The notes beneath the pieces were generated by a model. The model did no database searches. It was not told the origin of the DNA and worked only from the letters and a program-made list of their open reading frames with translations. DNA of 60,041 nt, the filler included, from Squatina squatina (Eukaryota), in the NCBI GenBank assembly GCA_031763465.1. It is 3 parts of 3 records of this genome, joined end to end, with 100 filler letters (N's around TTAATTAATTAA, not from the genome) between each part and the next. Parts side by side here need not be neighbours in the genome. Positions count along the whole stretch, not along the records: positions 1 to 19,234 come from JARFOE010000176.1; 2 more parts are not named here. One strand, given 5' to 3'. The position numbers and the translations under genes are program-made. Below, in pieces: positions 1 through 14,191 of this stretch; position 1 is the first letter of the stretch; each line of letters starts with the position of its first letter.

Positions 1-1239
1 AGCTAAGGGTGGCAAAATAGATTCCCTCATCTGTATCTATTGTGTGGTCTTGAGGGTTTCAATGCTCAAAATTCAGTCAGCCATTTAACAGAGCCACTCC
101 AGTTTTGTATAGAATTATACATGGTTAGGTGTGAGTAATAAAGCTGGTGTAATGAGGGATTCAAATGTATCATAAGCCACAAGAGGAAAGCCTGAATGAC
201 TTAGACGTCATTTGAACCAAGAGGTTAAATTGCAGTCTTGTTACTCACTCCCACCCATCTATTATGTTTATATATATGAGTCAATTATAACTTTATGAGT
301 TACCTCTTGGCTAAGAATGCCCTTGAGACCAGAGATGCAAAATTAATTTGAGGCATTTAAAAGGGAGACAGATACTTGGAAAATAAGGATATGAAGGAAC
401 ATGGAGAAAAAACAGGGAACTGATCTTTCAAGAAAGAGCTGCCATAGCTAACAAACGGCAAAGGAAGATTAATGTCTGAATGAACTGCCCCTTCGACAGT
501 CAAGTCTATGGAAAAGGGTGATCCAGAAACGGAGCCAGGCAAACTCCTCCCCCCACTCTGGGCTGAAGCATCCCTCTAAAGGGGATGGGGAATTTGCAGT
601 ATCTCTTTTCCAAACAGATTTGGCCATTGTAAAAAAAAAAGTCAGTCAAAATGGCTGCCTAGCCCCAGAATGCATTTTCTCATTGGTCACGTGGTGAACC
701 AAGCCACTCGTGACTCCTTTACATTCAAGACCGTGATTTTAACGATCTGTTTAATTGGGCTCGATTTTAGCAGTGCGCCTCTTGCAAAATATGTAATTTA
801 AAATTGTTTGGCGGGGGTGGAAGAGGGTAAAAGTTAAATTACTGGCAGCAAGTTCTGAATGGCCTCTGTGCCGCAAACTTCTATGATTCTATGGCCTGCT
901 CCACTTCCTCTGCTTCTCTATTCCATAACTGACAAGTTTCCTGAGTTCTGATGCAAGGGAGAGAATGAAGAAAAAGCACTCAGAGGTGAGCCATGAAGAT
1001 ATAGAAGTTGGCATTGCAATCTGCATCAGGGGAACAAAAAGGTAATGAATGGCTGGGAGCAATAAGGTGGAAATTCACTGTCTGGCTTCAAATGAAGTCT
1101 ATAAACCACATTGGCTTTCCTCTCATGATTTATGATGCCATCTGAACAGAGAGATATTTCATAATATTTTAAAAAGTAAAAATAATTATGCATTTTATGT
1201 TTAGTTCTGAACATTTTTGTTCAAATTTCACCTGCCTGC

Positions 1240-1640
1240 AATCCAACTCAGTATGCTGAGGTTGTGAACAGTCTGGTTCAGGCTGGGAAGGGGAATGGAA
1301 TCGGTGTCACGGCTTTGGAGTTTGTGGCAGGACCTTTGGTCTTACCCATGCTTAGCTGGAGGATATTCCAGCTCATTCAAGACCTGATGTCGGACAATCG
1401 TCTGACAGCACAGAGGCAGTGGAGGGGTCGAGAGAGATGTGAAGAGGTAGAGCTGGATATCATTAATGTACATATGGCAGCTGACCCCATATCTTCTGAT
1501 GGTCTCACCAAGGGGCAGCAAATATAATGGGGACGAGGAGGGGGCCAAGGATAGATCCTTGGATGATTCCAAAAGGTAACAGTGCAGGGGCAGGGAGATA
1601 AGCCATTGCTGGAGATGCTTTGGCTATGATTGCATAAACA
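1240..1640 (-). mobile_element. L2-clade LINE reverse transcriptase fragment, degraded
   Basis: Frameshifted minus-strand pieces: QGSILGPLL (PQG motif), LYLLPLGETIRRYGVSCHMYINDIQLYL (decayed YADD region) and RLSDIRS. Confidence 0.8.
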
Positions 1641-3121
1641 GAAGTTGTACAATAGTAGCTGTACTCAAATATCTTGTATTCTTGGTCCAATAACTATTGA
1701 AGTAGTATACTGTGACCCCGACTCTATTGACTGTAGAAAGAGATCCCAAATTTTTAAATTGTTATGAATGCTGCACGAAATCTGGTAAGTCACCAACAAA
1801 TTCCCAAATTCTTTTAATCCAGAGTTGGGCTTGCACCCGATCAAGTACCTCATTTAAGCTATATCAGATATGTGAATCAAGTCACATTTTCAATAACATT
1901 ACAGTCATTTACTTGATTGAATATACAGTGCTGCAGTTGCTGAAAATTACAAAACATAGATCTTGAACTGAATTAAAATGGAAAAAAAGAGTTTTCAGCC
2001 AGATAGAAATACTATTGTCTTTTTGATGCTGTTGCTTATGATGTCTCCTTGCCTCCATTGATTCACTGTAACCAGTCAACGTGTCCTCCGTATAGAGGTC
2101 AGGTTTTACTGGGAATGCATGTCACAAAATGCGACTGTACCTTGACCAACCTCCACAAGTCAAAATAACACAAATTGAAGGAAGATGTTTCACAAATCAT
2201 TATTTGATTATAACAGAACCCTCCTGCCCAAAATACATAGGAAAAAAAAGGAAAACTATATTTTTATTGAGACCTTGCATGGACCTCAGTTGATTGTTTT
2301 TGTCTTTTCTGTACCTTCTCCAGTGCCTGTGTATCTTTTTTTGTAAAATAGCTGCAGAAATTGACCCAATTACTGGGAAATGCTGGATGAGAAATCATTC
2401 CACTTAAAAGTTAGTTGGGCTGTATTTATGAAATTCTAGCTTCTTTAAGTAGTGTGTTGCTCCTTTTTTTGATGGTACCAGACTAATTACTCATCCAAAA
2501 TGAAGACATGTCTATTTTTAAGGCAACATTGTTTTATTACTTTACATTGTTGAAATGTAATGCTTGGGTCTGTTACAGATCAGGTGGGCTACAAATGAGA
2601 AACCTGGCTTTATGGGTAGGTCAATTGAAACTGAAGATATTCTAGCTCCCATAAAGTATAATACAGGAATTTACATTACAGTGTTACATCTGGAATGTTG
2701 GCATGCTGTTTTTTGGGAAATGGACTTTGGAAGGGAAGAAGTGACAGAAGGGCAGAGATAGTAGTAAAATATATGGGAGTGATGAATCGGATCAAAGAAA
2801 AACAACTTGCTCACATCAAACAGATTATTTTGGTAAATCTGGGCATTGTAACTCCAGATGTTACTCCTTAAAAGTGAGCCTACCTATGCTATTTATAATC
2901 TGCCAGTTGTGTGCACTACAGATTATGGAATATATTTTAATTTTGTAGTTTCTTATTTCATTAACTTGAGTTGGAGTGGAAAACGCTGGAACTAATATCC
3001 TAGTTTAAAATCAATGTAGGTNNNNNNNNNNNNNNNNNNNNNNNNNNNNNNNNNNNNNNNNNNNNNNNNNNNNNNNNNNNNNNNNNNNNNNNNNNNNNNN
3101 NNNNNNNNNNNNNNNNNNNNN

Positions 3122-3700
3122 TCTTTTTATGGCCTTGTTAACCTTCGTTGCTACTTTTAGTGATTTGTCTATTTGTACTCCGAGATCCCTTTGCACCTCA
3201 ACCCCACCCAGACTCGTGCCCTCCAAGTAAAATGTGACCTCCCTATTCTTCCTACCAAAATCTAATACCTCACATTTATCGGTGTTGAAATTCATTTGCC
3301 AATTCTATGCCCATTCTGCAAGTTTATTAATGTCTTCCTGTAATTTGCAGTCCTCCTCAGTACTGACTATTCCCCCCACCCAAAAAAAAAATTTGGTGTC
3401 ACCCGCAAATTTAGAAATCGTGTTTTTGATTCCAAAGTCTAAATCGTCAATATAAATTGTGAACAGTGGTCCCAGCACCGATCCTTGTGGGACACCTTCT
3501 GCCACTGTGAATAGCTACCTTTTATCCTTACTCTCTGCTGTGTGTTGAAGCCAGCTAGCTATCCATTTTGTAACTTATCCCCTGACTCCGCATTCTCTGA
3601 CCTTATTCATTAGTTTATTATGTGGTACCTTATTGAAGGCCTTTTGGAAATCTAGATAAATTATATCTGTTGTATTACCCTTGTCTACTCTCTGTTACCC
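3122..3700 (-). mobile_element. CR1-clade LINE ORF2 reverse transcriptase fragment
   Basis: GVPQGSVLGPLFTIYIDDLD..ISKFAGDTK..LQEDINKLAEWA, then MNFNTDKCEVL..RDLGVQID across a frameshift; classic CR1 RT motifs. Confidence 0.9.
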
Positions 3701-4324
3701 TCACCAAGAGGGTGACTAGCGCGGGTCGCACCAGAAGTGGGCATAAGCCATTTTATTCCAAAACTGGCCTTAATTGACGGTGCAAAGGTGCTGAATTTCG
3801 CGTCCAAAATGTGTTACAGTATTGCACGTCTGCGAAGCTGTTTTCTACTAAAATTATAGCATCATAATTCAATTTGAAAACTGCAATATACTGAACCATA
3901 ACGCTAGCATTTTATTTTACTGAAAAAGCTTGAAGATTTGCTATCAGCACCTCTTTCCAACAGCTTGACTGAGATCAGCAGCCCACATTGTGGGCAATGC
4001 TTTTCCTCCATTCTTCCTTTAATGCCAATTTTCACCCGACATCTGCTGAAGGCATTGCCTAGGGTATGGTTCCATAGGTACCAATTGGCCATTCTTCATG
4101 CTTGGCAGTGAGCATCAGGAGTCCATTCAAAAAGGAGGGGCATCACAGCTGAGTTCCTTGTTGCCACCAACTGAAATCATATCGATCGATAGAATCACTG
4201 GACAGTAAGCATGTGGGATGTGGGGTGCAAAGGGCTATTGTTCCATGAGGCAGCAGGCTGGCATACCAAAATACTAGTCACTGGGCCATCCTCAATGGAC
4301 TAGAGTATTAACCAGAAAGATTAA

Positions 4325-4560
4325 TAACTTCTGTACAGCATACAACATTTATGTAGGACCGTTAACATAATAAAGCATCCCAAGGCACTTCAAGGAGTGT
4401 TATAAAAGAATGTTTAGACACCGAACAATATAAGGAGATGTTAGGGCAGACAACCAAAAGCTTGGACAAAGAGGTAGGTTTTAAGGAGCATCTTAAAGGA
4501 GGAAAGAGAAGTGGAGAGGTGGAGAGATTTAGGGAGAGAATTCCAGAGATTAGGATCGAG
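4325..4560 (-). mobile_element. L2 LINE 3' end
   Basis: Contains ccaaaagcttggacaaagaggtaggttttaaggagcatcttaaagga, which recurs at about 38636-38690 and in degenerate form near 49900. Family assignment is from memory. Confidence 0.65.
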
Positions 4561-7500
4561 ANNNNNNNNNNNNNNNNNNNNNNNNNNNNNNNNNNNNNNN
4601 NNNNNNNNNNNNNNNNNNNNNNNNNNNNNNNNNNNNNNNNNNNNNNNNNNNNNNNNNNNNNTATTTCTGGGCTCTTTATTCCACTTGTCTTTCCTACTTA
4701 ATGGATAGGAAACATCATTTGCAGCTTAGGACTCTATATTCAGAAGGCTGTAAAAGTCAATGATCGGGACAGTATGGAGGTTTTCTTTTCCCAGGCTTCT
4801 TTATTGTCCACGCTAGAGCTTCTCGATCAATAGGACACTTATTACCATTTGGGATCATAAAACGGACAGGGTAAGATAGAGCTAATAAGTATGCTATACA
4901 TAAATATATGGCTAGCTGGGGGTTGTGATATCTTCACAGCAATTCCACATTTCAAAAAACACTAAGATTAAGGGAGTATTTCAGCAGGACAGCTGACAAA
5001 GCAGATACAACAGCTCAAAACTGGTCATAGAAAGTCTCTACTGCAGTAAAGCAGACAAAAAAGAGAAGACAAGTGTGAATGTAGATGCAGACACACACAG
5101 CTCAGGCTCACTAGCTTAAAGTGATGTGGCATTTCTCTAAAACAGACAGAGAATGCAGTAAATGTAGGATTGGAAAAGAATAATTCCCCCAGGAATGACA
5201 ATTCCCTGTTTTCATTCAGTTTATTGATTTCAGTCAGTGCTACTGGCATTAACAATAGAAGTGCAGAATTTGTGAATATTGCAAAAAGGTCAAGAGCATC
5301 AACCATGTTTAATATACATTACTGTCACACAAGATAAGTCAGACACATAAGTAAGTGCTCTGCCAAATGATACTGCCAGTGAAAAACTTTACAGCAAAAA
5401 TTATTGGAAATTTAATCAAGCACAATATTTGATAGATGAAATCCTAAAAATATAACTTTCTGGTACAACTGGCAACCTTGCGCAGAACAGACCTTGCAGC
5501 TTCAATCCACGTTCTGTATGTAATGTGGATATAATACCAGGCTCGTACTGGTTTGCTGTTCATCAAAATCAATCTTTTCTGGCCATTAAAGCCTCTCATT
5601 AATTATTTGCCAGCTTTGGACAAATGTCAAAGACTGTTGTCTAATGACCAGATGTTTAATGGCCAGTGGGATTTCCTTCTTTTGTCACAACAGACTACAT
5701 GGAGCATGGAGTGATGATCTTTGAAGATTTTCTTTAGTGACCCATACAGACATGTTTGACCCCTGGTTTGTTTGAAATTAGGGTTGGGATAATAGAGGCC
5801 CCAGTGCCTTGGTGGGGGGCGGGGGGAGGGAGGAAAGAGGGGCAAGAGCCAAGGTTTCTACTCCTTACTATACAGTGACATTTGCTAGAAGTCTGCTTCC
5901 AGTGAATGCTAGATGAGGGTAGATTGGGTTCAGTTGCGATGGCCCCATGTAGCCTAGCCCATCAACACGATCGGTCAAGGATCACATGCAGATAATGGTC
6001 ACTTGGGCAAGATACTGGAGACTGCCCGGCCTCTACAGAACCAAATCTCTTAAGGCGCTACATCCTTTAAGAGGGGAGGAAAGAAGTGTGACATACAAGT
6101 AAAATAAAGGGGCGGTCAAAAGAGTTTGACACGAGTAAGTTAGCATACAAACCTTTTTGCCTCAAGCTTTGCAGAAGCCCTAAAGATATGTCAGGTTTAT
6201 GAATACTCCAATACAGCTCCACTGATGGTGCAGCAGGCAAAGACATATTGTGGTGTGACACTAAGCCATATAAACTAGCAGGTCTTGGATTCAATCTGTG
6301 CAGTTAGTCTCAACAAGTCGCCTCAGTGCACTGTGGGGGTGGGGAAATTAGCTAGGTTTTACTCTAGTCATCCNNNNNNNNNNNNNNNNNNNNNNNNNNN
6401 NNNNNNNNNNNNNNNNNNNNNNNNNNNNNNNNNNNNNNNNNNNNNNNNNNNNNNNNNNNNNNNNNNNNNNNNNCTATGTCGAGAGGTTTTAAAATGTGCA
6501 ATGTGAAATTTGTACAGGGTAGAAATGGATTTAGGATTACATAAGTGTGTCAGTCAGTCTCTTGTTAACTGCAAGATCTCTCTCTCCCTCCCTTTTGCCA
6601 GCTCTTGAAGCTATGCTGGTTGGCAATCTTTCACTTAGATCTTCACATACGCAGATTCACCATTCTAGCTTCAATGATCCAAGTGTTCTTTTCACAGTTC
6701 AGATCTATTTTAATCCATTATTAGTTCTGTTATTCCACACAAGCCACTCCAGTATTTGTCACACAGTTTGAGGTCTCCATACACAAAGACAGTGCGCACC
6801 CATTTCTTGCTCATACTCAAAGTGGCCCCTTTGTCAATGGTTACACCTCAGGTCATGACACTACAAACTCTTGGTGTCCATCTCTGTGACCAGACTAAAA
6901 GGTTCACTGCAAAAAGGAGCTATATTATGGACTCCACAAGGTTTAAACTTTTAATGTTATATTTATGATTCATTACAAACTACTTATTTCATTACTCAAA
7001 GAATACTTTAATAAAAATCATCAATATTGGTACCAAGACATTGAGTATCAAAAGTATTAAGACAAAACACGCCATTCACAAATTTCCATAAAAAAGGATA
7101 TCCCATTAATGCTACTGTAATTGGGATCTAATAGTCAAGAAACAAAGCAAACAGAACTCTTCAGAACTAAGAACACAGGGGTAGGGCTGGGCTAGGCTAG
7201 AGAAAGGGCAATTTGGGCCATTCTTGCCCTGTTTCTTTCCACAGTTCAACAAGANNNNNNNNNNNNNNNNNNNNNNNNNNNNNNNNNNNNNNNNNNNNNN
7301 NNNNNNNNNNNNNNNNNNNNNNNNNNNNNNNNNNNNNNNNNNNNNNNNNNNNNNCAGGTACCTCATGTGATGTCGGTGGAGTTTCCAGTCGACCACAAGC
7401 GCAGCACCCATGGAGAGAATGGCCGATTTTGTCAAACGTTACACAATCTCAAAATTACTACAAAAGTTGGAAGTATACTAAAGGGAGGCAGCAATGCAAC

Positions 7501-7961
7501 AAAACATCTGTTTTGAGTGTAAGGGGAGTCACAATCCACTTTAACTTTTACAGAGAGTCCGTTAGCACTGGAAATCAGGAGCTCAAGCTTGTCAACGCCT
7601 AAAAAAAACGGGACATTGACATCGCTACTTTTAAGTGTCTGCAGCGTTTCTGAATTCAGCAACGGGTGTCCATTTTGGGCGTTGCGCCCACTGATGACAT
7701 CATCCAGACCACCTAACACCAAAATTAAAGTTTCCAGCCTTACCAGGTTTGCGCCTATTTGGCGCCATTTTTTTGGGGACTCGAATTGTCCGACACTAAA
7801 GTTAGCGCCAAAAATGTGCTTCACGCTGATTTAGTGCTCATTTAGCGCCCAAAAAACCCCCGAATTGGGCAACCATTATCTATCCGCCGGAATTCAAAAA
7901 AATTTGAGCCCATTTAGCCAGTGTGGGATTGTTCCTCCCACTTGTCTTACTTCTGAATTTC

Positions 7962-8108
7962 AGAACATAGGAACGAAGGAACAGGAGTAGGCCATTTAGC
8001 TCCTCGAGCCTGTTCCACCATTCAATGAGATCATGGCTGACCTGCGACCCAACTCCATATACCCACTTTTGCCCCATATCCCTTAATACCTTTGGTTAAC
8101 AAAAATCT
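7962..8108 (-). mobile_element. CR1 LINE 3' tail
   Basis: ggaacaggagtaggccatttagctcctcgagcctgttccaccattcaatgagatcatggctga; similar copies at 31383 and 35199, and in the opposite orientation at 35358-35563. Confidence 0.75.
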
Positions 8109-10139
8109 GAACGCGGTTTCATACCTACAACCCGAACTGCCGTCTTTTACTCTGCCACACCTGATGAACATGGCCCCATTCTAATTAACTGTGATTGTGG
8201 AAAATTGCTCACTGGAGAAAATGTGGGCTCTCAAGACATCTCCTGCCAATTCAGACAAGGGAAAATTTCATATCTTTAGATCATTTTATTCATGCTAAAC
8301 TGCAGTTCTGATTTATTTACAAATAAATGATGCACAGAAGGAAAGACAGACGTAAAATACTATGCTGTACATTGAACAATTTATACTAAACTGGGTCGAC
8401 AGTTTGAAGAGTCCATAGTCTCCATCTCTCGGAAAACTCTGGAATGGTCAGTCTCTGCTGATACATGTGTAAGCACTACTTTAATAAAAAACTATTCAAC
8501 CCCACCTATAATACGTATGGAAAAAAAATGAAGAATGCTTTTTTGTAGCTGCAGTTTGTTTGAAGACTGTCACTGAATAATTGCCACTGTTTTCAGCCAA
8601 ACATTCATACAAAATAGCTTACTCAAAACTGGAAATCAGATTTAAAAATATTTTAAAAATGCAGCATTAATCATACCTTCAGAAACTTCTTTGTACTGCT
8701 ATGAAACTTATAATGGCCCATAAGCCATAAAACCATCATGGGTTTATATGCATTGGGATACTCTCAACTTCAAATCAATTTCATGAATTTCAAATGAAAC
8801 AGCCTAGCTCTCTGTGGAATCACTCCAATTTCAATCTGAACCACAAAGCCACCAATAACAGCACAATTAACATCAACTCAGATGGTAGTTGATGTTAATA
8901 GTAGTTGATGGTAGTTGTAGTTAATAAACACACCGACAAGCTGATGGACTCCAAATTGTGTTTATTGTACCGTTCAAACTTCAACTCTACTGGTTCCAAC
9001 ATCCAACAGTTATATATTTAGATTAGCAAAATTAATTCATAAAAACTAGTCCTGCGACGATCTCATAGAAACCAACAATAAGCTGTAATTTTGGGAACCA
9101 GACAGCTATGAAATAGTACATTTTAGTCAAACATTCACATTGAATACAATGGCACTAGGGTACATCTTTGTGAAATTCCCTTTGTTCTGCAGTAATATCA
9201 GTCCATAGATGTCTGACCCACGTGACTGCTGCCCTGGTGGAATTTTTAACCGTAGCTATTTAAAAACTTCTAATCTAAAGATAAGAAGCCCCTATTTTTG
9301 TCACGGACATTTCTGCAAGGCATCATTATAGTGACTTGAACCATGTTGCTTTGCAACGGATTAGTAAAACACAAAATATATAATGAATAGAAAATGCTGG
9401 AAATACACAGCAGGCCTCTTGAAAACAAAGAGAAAAAACAGACTAAAGTTTCAAGTAAGGCCCTTTGTCAAACTAAAGAAGCTTCACACCCAAAGTGTGT
9501 CATTCCCATTCAGATGTATTTTCAGCATTATCTGTTTGATTTCACATTTTCTTTTTATCTTTATTGTATAACCTTGCACAATCTGTTAAGTGCACAAACC
9601 TCTTTCACATTTTGCAGAAATGTTTCTGAAGCCTTTGCCACAATCATTTTTGTTCCACATCACAACAATCCCTGCTCTAGTGTGAAGCAGAATCAACTGC
9701 TTCTTCGTATAAATGCCAAACCTTTCAAATTTCCAGTATCTCAAGTGGTCTCCTTGGCAACACTTCCATCCACACATAGATTAAACCTAAATTAGCCTGT
9801 TGTTTCCCTCTGCTCATCTGGTCATCTCCACACCATGCTCCCTCGATACTATCTCTACTGATATAAACCTGGCTTCAAAGCAATGTGCATTCTACCGCAG
9901 GCTATTCAGATCAGGAAGGTGGAATTTCATTCCAACAATAACTCTGCTAGTCCTCACTACCAGAAACAATCTATCATTCANNNNNNNNNNNNNNNNNNNN
10001 NNNNNNNNNNNNNNNNNNNNNNNNNNNNNNNNNNNNNNNNNNNNNNNNNNNNNNNNNNNNNNNNNNNNNNNNNNNNNNNNCCAGCATTTTTTGTTTATAT
10101 TCTAGATTCCAGCATCTGCAGTATTTTGCTTTTGAGGTA

Positions 10140-10600
10140 GTTTATAAAGGAGGTTTTTGAAGGAGAGGAGAAAGACAAGGCACATATGGTAGAAAGAGCA
10201 TTCCAAAGTGTAGGAATAAGGTAGCTGAAGGCTTTATTACCAAAGGTGGAGTATGAAGGGAAGAGTGAGATGCAAACGAGGCCAGAGTTGGAAGAAAGTA
10301 GAATGCCTGTAGGAACATAGGTTGCAGACGTATGGATGGGCTACAGAGGGATGTGCTGTGGGAACCAAGAGTCAATGAAGGTAGGAAGGGGTGATAGAGG
10401 AGCAGAACTTACTTCAGGATAGAATGCAGCCAGTGGAATTTTGGATGATTCGCAACTGTTAAGTGCAAAACCTGGGAGAAAGCTAGAGGGATTGAGTGTA
10501 CATGTGACAAATCCATGGATAGGAGAGTAAGTGGGAGTGAGACTGGGACACTCTACAGGTGACATTGAGAACTCAAGGACACTCCCAAGCTAGACACAAG
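10140..10600 (-). mobile_element. Degraded L2-like LINE fragment
   Basis: Purine-rich tract (aggaggtttttgaaggag..ttccaaagtgtagg..agctgaaggc..ttttggatga) resembling the other L2 3' copies in the window. Confidence 0.45.
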
Positions 10601-13089
10601 GAGGTGCACAAGAATTATACAAATTATCTTAATTTTTCCTCTCTAGTGTGGGTTGCCTTCACTCAGCACCTCCCTCTCTTCCTCCTACCAAAGGACTGGC
10701 TAAGAGCAGGATGCCACTGAAAAAAAGCAGCAGGCATGAGTCCAATCTACATCATTCCTTTCAAATATACCAATTCACTGCACCAAAACTGAATTGTGTG
10801 AAAATATATGCCATTTTAATATACAACACTGTGCATCTATTTTCGGAAATTAAGTTTCTGAAAGATTTTTTCACTATTTCTCTCTTACTCTCCATGGGTC
10901 AGGCAAATCACAAGTACAGCGCTCAATGGACCATTCTTTGTGGGTTACTAGATAGGGATCAGGAGCTGGAATCTCGGCTGTTCCTAGTTCGGGGAAGCCA
11001 ATTGTAGTACCCCAACTGAGCTCAGTTACTTCATCATAGAGCAGCATTCAAAGCTGTGACCCTCAGCACTACACCAGCAGGGAAGGTTTCCTCTGCGTGC
11101 TAGGTGTAGCTAACTCAAGTGCATTTTTACAAACAAATTTATGATTTTGCTTCATCTAGCACACAAAGAAAATCTACCACCCAGGTGACACTTCACTTCC
11201 TAGGTCACTGAGAAGCCTCTGAAACAGTGGCCATCCTGCACTAAAGTTAAAGGTAAGATTGGAATATTTATCTTTATTTAAATACTGTGAATTAAGAAGC
11301 TTCTCATGGTCTTAGATAGTTCTCTGATTTCACATGATCATAGCGTCAGAACACAAAATATCAGACTCTTGTATATTGCAATAAGCTAGCTATACTTTAA
11401 AAAGCATTAAAAATAGCTCTCCAGGGAAGTCAACAATACAGACTCAGCAATTTATAATCAGTCATTGTTGAAAATAAAAGGCTGGCAAATCATGTAAACA
11501 GAAGCTGTGTTTGTATTAAGCAGACAAGTTCAAACACCATCACAATCATTGTTTATGTTATATACGCTAAACCTAACATGTCGATATTTACCACCATGAG
11601 TTCATATCTAGCTGCTTTAAGCCAGTGGTATGATCCACACTCAAAAGGTCATAATTTAAGACAGCTTCACAGTATAAAAATTTATCAACCTCTCTGCTGT
11701 TGTAGGTTGAGAATGACAGGGTCACTGGTTTACATTGTCTACAAAAAGTAAAATTTTATTTTCATCACAATAAACAGATTTTCACTGATGTTTTGCAGAA
11801 CATACTGTTTGATACTACTTAATTGGAGGAGAGCCAATTTCAGTGGGTTGAGAATGGATCTGGCNNNNNNNNNNNNNNNNNNNNNNNNNNNNNNNNNNNN
11901 NNNNNNNNNNNNNNNNNNNNNNNNNNNNNNNNNNNNNNNNNNNNNNNNNNNNNNNNNNNNNNNNCTTATTATCCAAATCAACACGAACAGAATGGCCTGG
12001 TACTGGAATATACACCAAACAGGACTAAAGATTTAATCTTCATCCTGCCACATGCAGGTTGGTGAACATGGATTAAGAATTTTCTACAAATGAAAGGAAA
12101 TCAACAAGTTCGGCACAACATCGTGGGCCGAAGGGCCTGTTATGTGCTGTATTTTCTATGTTCTATATATCCTGTTGCAATGCTTTTATTCATTTTTCGC
12201 TGTAGATCAATGTCTTGATGTATGTGCACAGGGAGAGGCAGAAATAGGAAGAGAGACAAAAGCCACAGAGAGAGGAGAGATAAAATATGACTCATTCCTT
12301 AATTCATAAATGAGGGCAATTTCAATCACTTGCTTTGAGCACTATTTCAGATGGTAAACGACAGCTGTTTTTAACTGNNNNNNNNNNAAATCAGTTTTCA
12401 TGACAAATTGTATTTGAGAAATGACAGGCTCTCACTGATTGTGCAGATTAAAGCAATTCAGGCACTGATGTCAGCAACTGCACACTGGAATAAAAAAAAC
12501 ACAAATCCCATACAACATTTTAAGGGATTAGTAAACCAATCAGAAATATTAAGCCTACAGCAGCACTGCAAATCTAACTGGGTATTCTGGGACTTGCTGG
12601 TCGAGAGGGAGAGGACATTGTGAACCAGAAGTGGAGAAACAGTCAGCAAAAACACTAGCTTTCTCTGTGGNNNNNNNNNNNNNNNNNNNNNNNNNNNNNN
12701 NNNNNNNNNNNNNNNNNNNNNNNNNNNNNNNNNNNNNNNNNNNNNNNNNNNNNNNNNNNNNNNNNNNNNNGCTGGTTGGGCTGTCAATCGATGGCACATC
12801 AGAAGATTTGATTCAAAGTTAATTATCAATCATTTTAAATGATCAGTTTTACCCTCGAATCGCTGGAGTGTACAAGATTTAAAACAGAGAGGAAACTAAA
12901 AGCTGCTAGGAATAAATCCTCACAGTCCGAGCATTCGCTCTCATTCTGCACACTGGAGGCGTTGTTGCAGCCGCAGCTCGTGGGATCGCCCTCTGCTCTC
13001 TGTGCTGAATACTGGGTCATACCTGAAATGAGGCCTCAGCTTATAGAGAAGCAGTCAGGGAATTACCGTGTACAGGTCCCCAAGTGTCA

Positions 13090-13284
13090 GTGTGACTCAC
13101 CCAGTACTGTCTGTAGGTGTGTGAAAGTGTGGGTGTGACTGTTACCCATTACTGTCTGTAGGTATGAGAGTGTGGGTATGACTGTACCCAATACTGCCTG
13201 TAGGTGGGAGAGTGTGGGTGTGTCTGTACCCAGTACTGCCTGTAGGTGTGTGTAGGTGTGACTGTTACCCAGTACTGCTTGTAG
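13090..13284. repeat. Minisatellite, about 42-43 bp unit, about 4.5 copies
   Basis: Consensus gtgtgactgttacccagtactgcctgtaggtgtgagagtgtgg. Confidence 0.85.
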
Positions 13285-14191
13285 TTCCCACTCTGTGTTT
13301 GCCTTCAGTCTCATTCCCCTACCTCGTCTCCCTTCCCTACTTGGTGTTTGATTTTAGTCGTGTGGAGCCCAGCTGGTCATTTCACTGGATGACAGGCTCA
13401 GTGTCAGTGACAGGTGTTACTATAAAGTTCAAGTGGCTTATTTCCCCCTATTTCGGTCAAACTCGGAATACTGCATGACTGCAATGGTGGTGTGTCTGTA
13501 ATTACCACCGTCAGTAAGTTAAGACGTTGCATATACAGGGGCCTGGTCAGTCAGGCAAGTGACCCTGGTCCCAGAGGACAATGGGACGAAGTCTTTCGGT
13601 TTGTAAATTGTGTGTGGAGTCTTACGACTGACGCCAATCGAATGATCTGTTGTAGTGAGCGAGAAGTGAATGGGATCTTCCTGTGCTGGAGACTGAAGGG
13701 CCAAAAGAGTGGCGGATCACAGAACACAGGCAGACACAAGCCACAGTGAGATAGTTTATTTTTGAAAATACAATTGTTACAAATATAAGCTGGCCCGAGG
13801 GATGGTTGCACCACTGTGAACAGCTGGGGGGGCTTGGAATTACAGACCAACACAGAAACTAAAGGAGCCTGTTCACAGGACAACAGGCTGCAAGTTAAGC
13901 ATCAAATCTCTCCTAATTTTAACTACTTTTAATATCTAACCTGTTTGAAAATTAAAGGAACAAGATAGATCATTTGTTCTTTATACATTGTGCAAATTGA
14001 ATCCTTGATCAGTTACTCTGTCCTGCCCTCACACATCAGGTTGGAAAGACTGAAAGGGAAGAAGGTTGGGATAGTCCTGCGGAAAGATCCAGGCAGAACG
14101 TTTATCGTGTACACAATATGTCGAGCGAGTGCCACTGAGGCTTGGGAACGAACCATGGAAAGCATCTCAATCTATGTGGGTGAACGGATGG

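Noticed and set aside
7440-7930. CpG-rich patch as a promoter (similar patches at about 28000-28870, 29290-29530 and 41530-41960)
   Set aside because: No adjacent exon, and the texture resembles non-autonomous DNA transposon relics. I could not define terminal repeats, so they are left unannotated.
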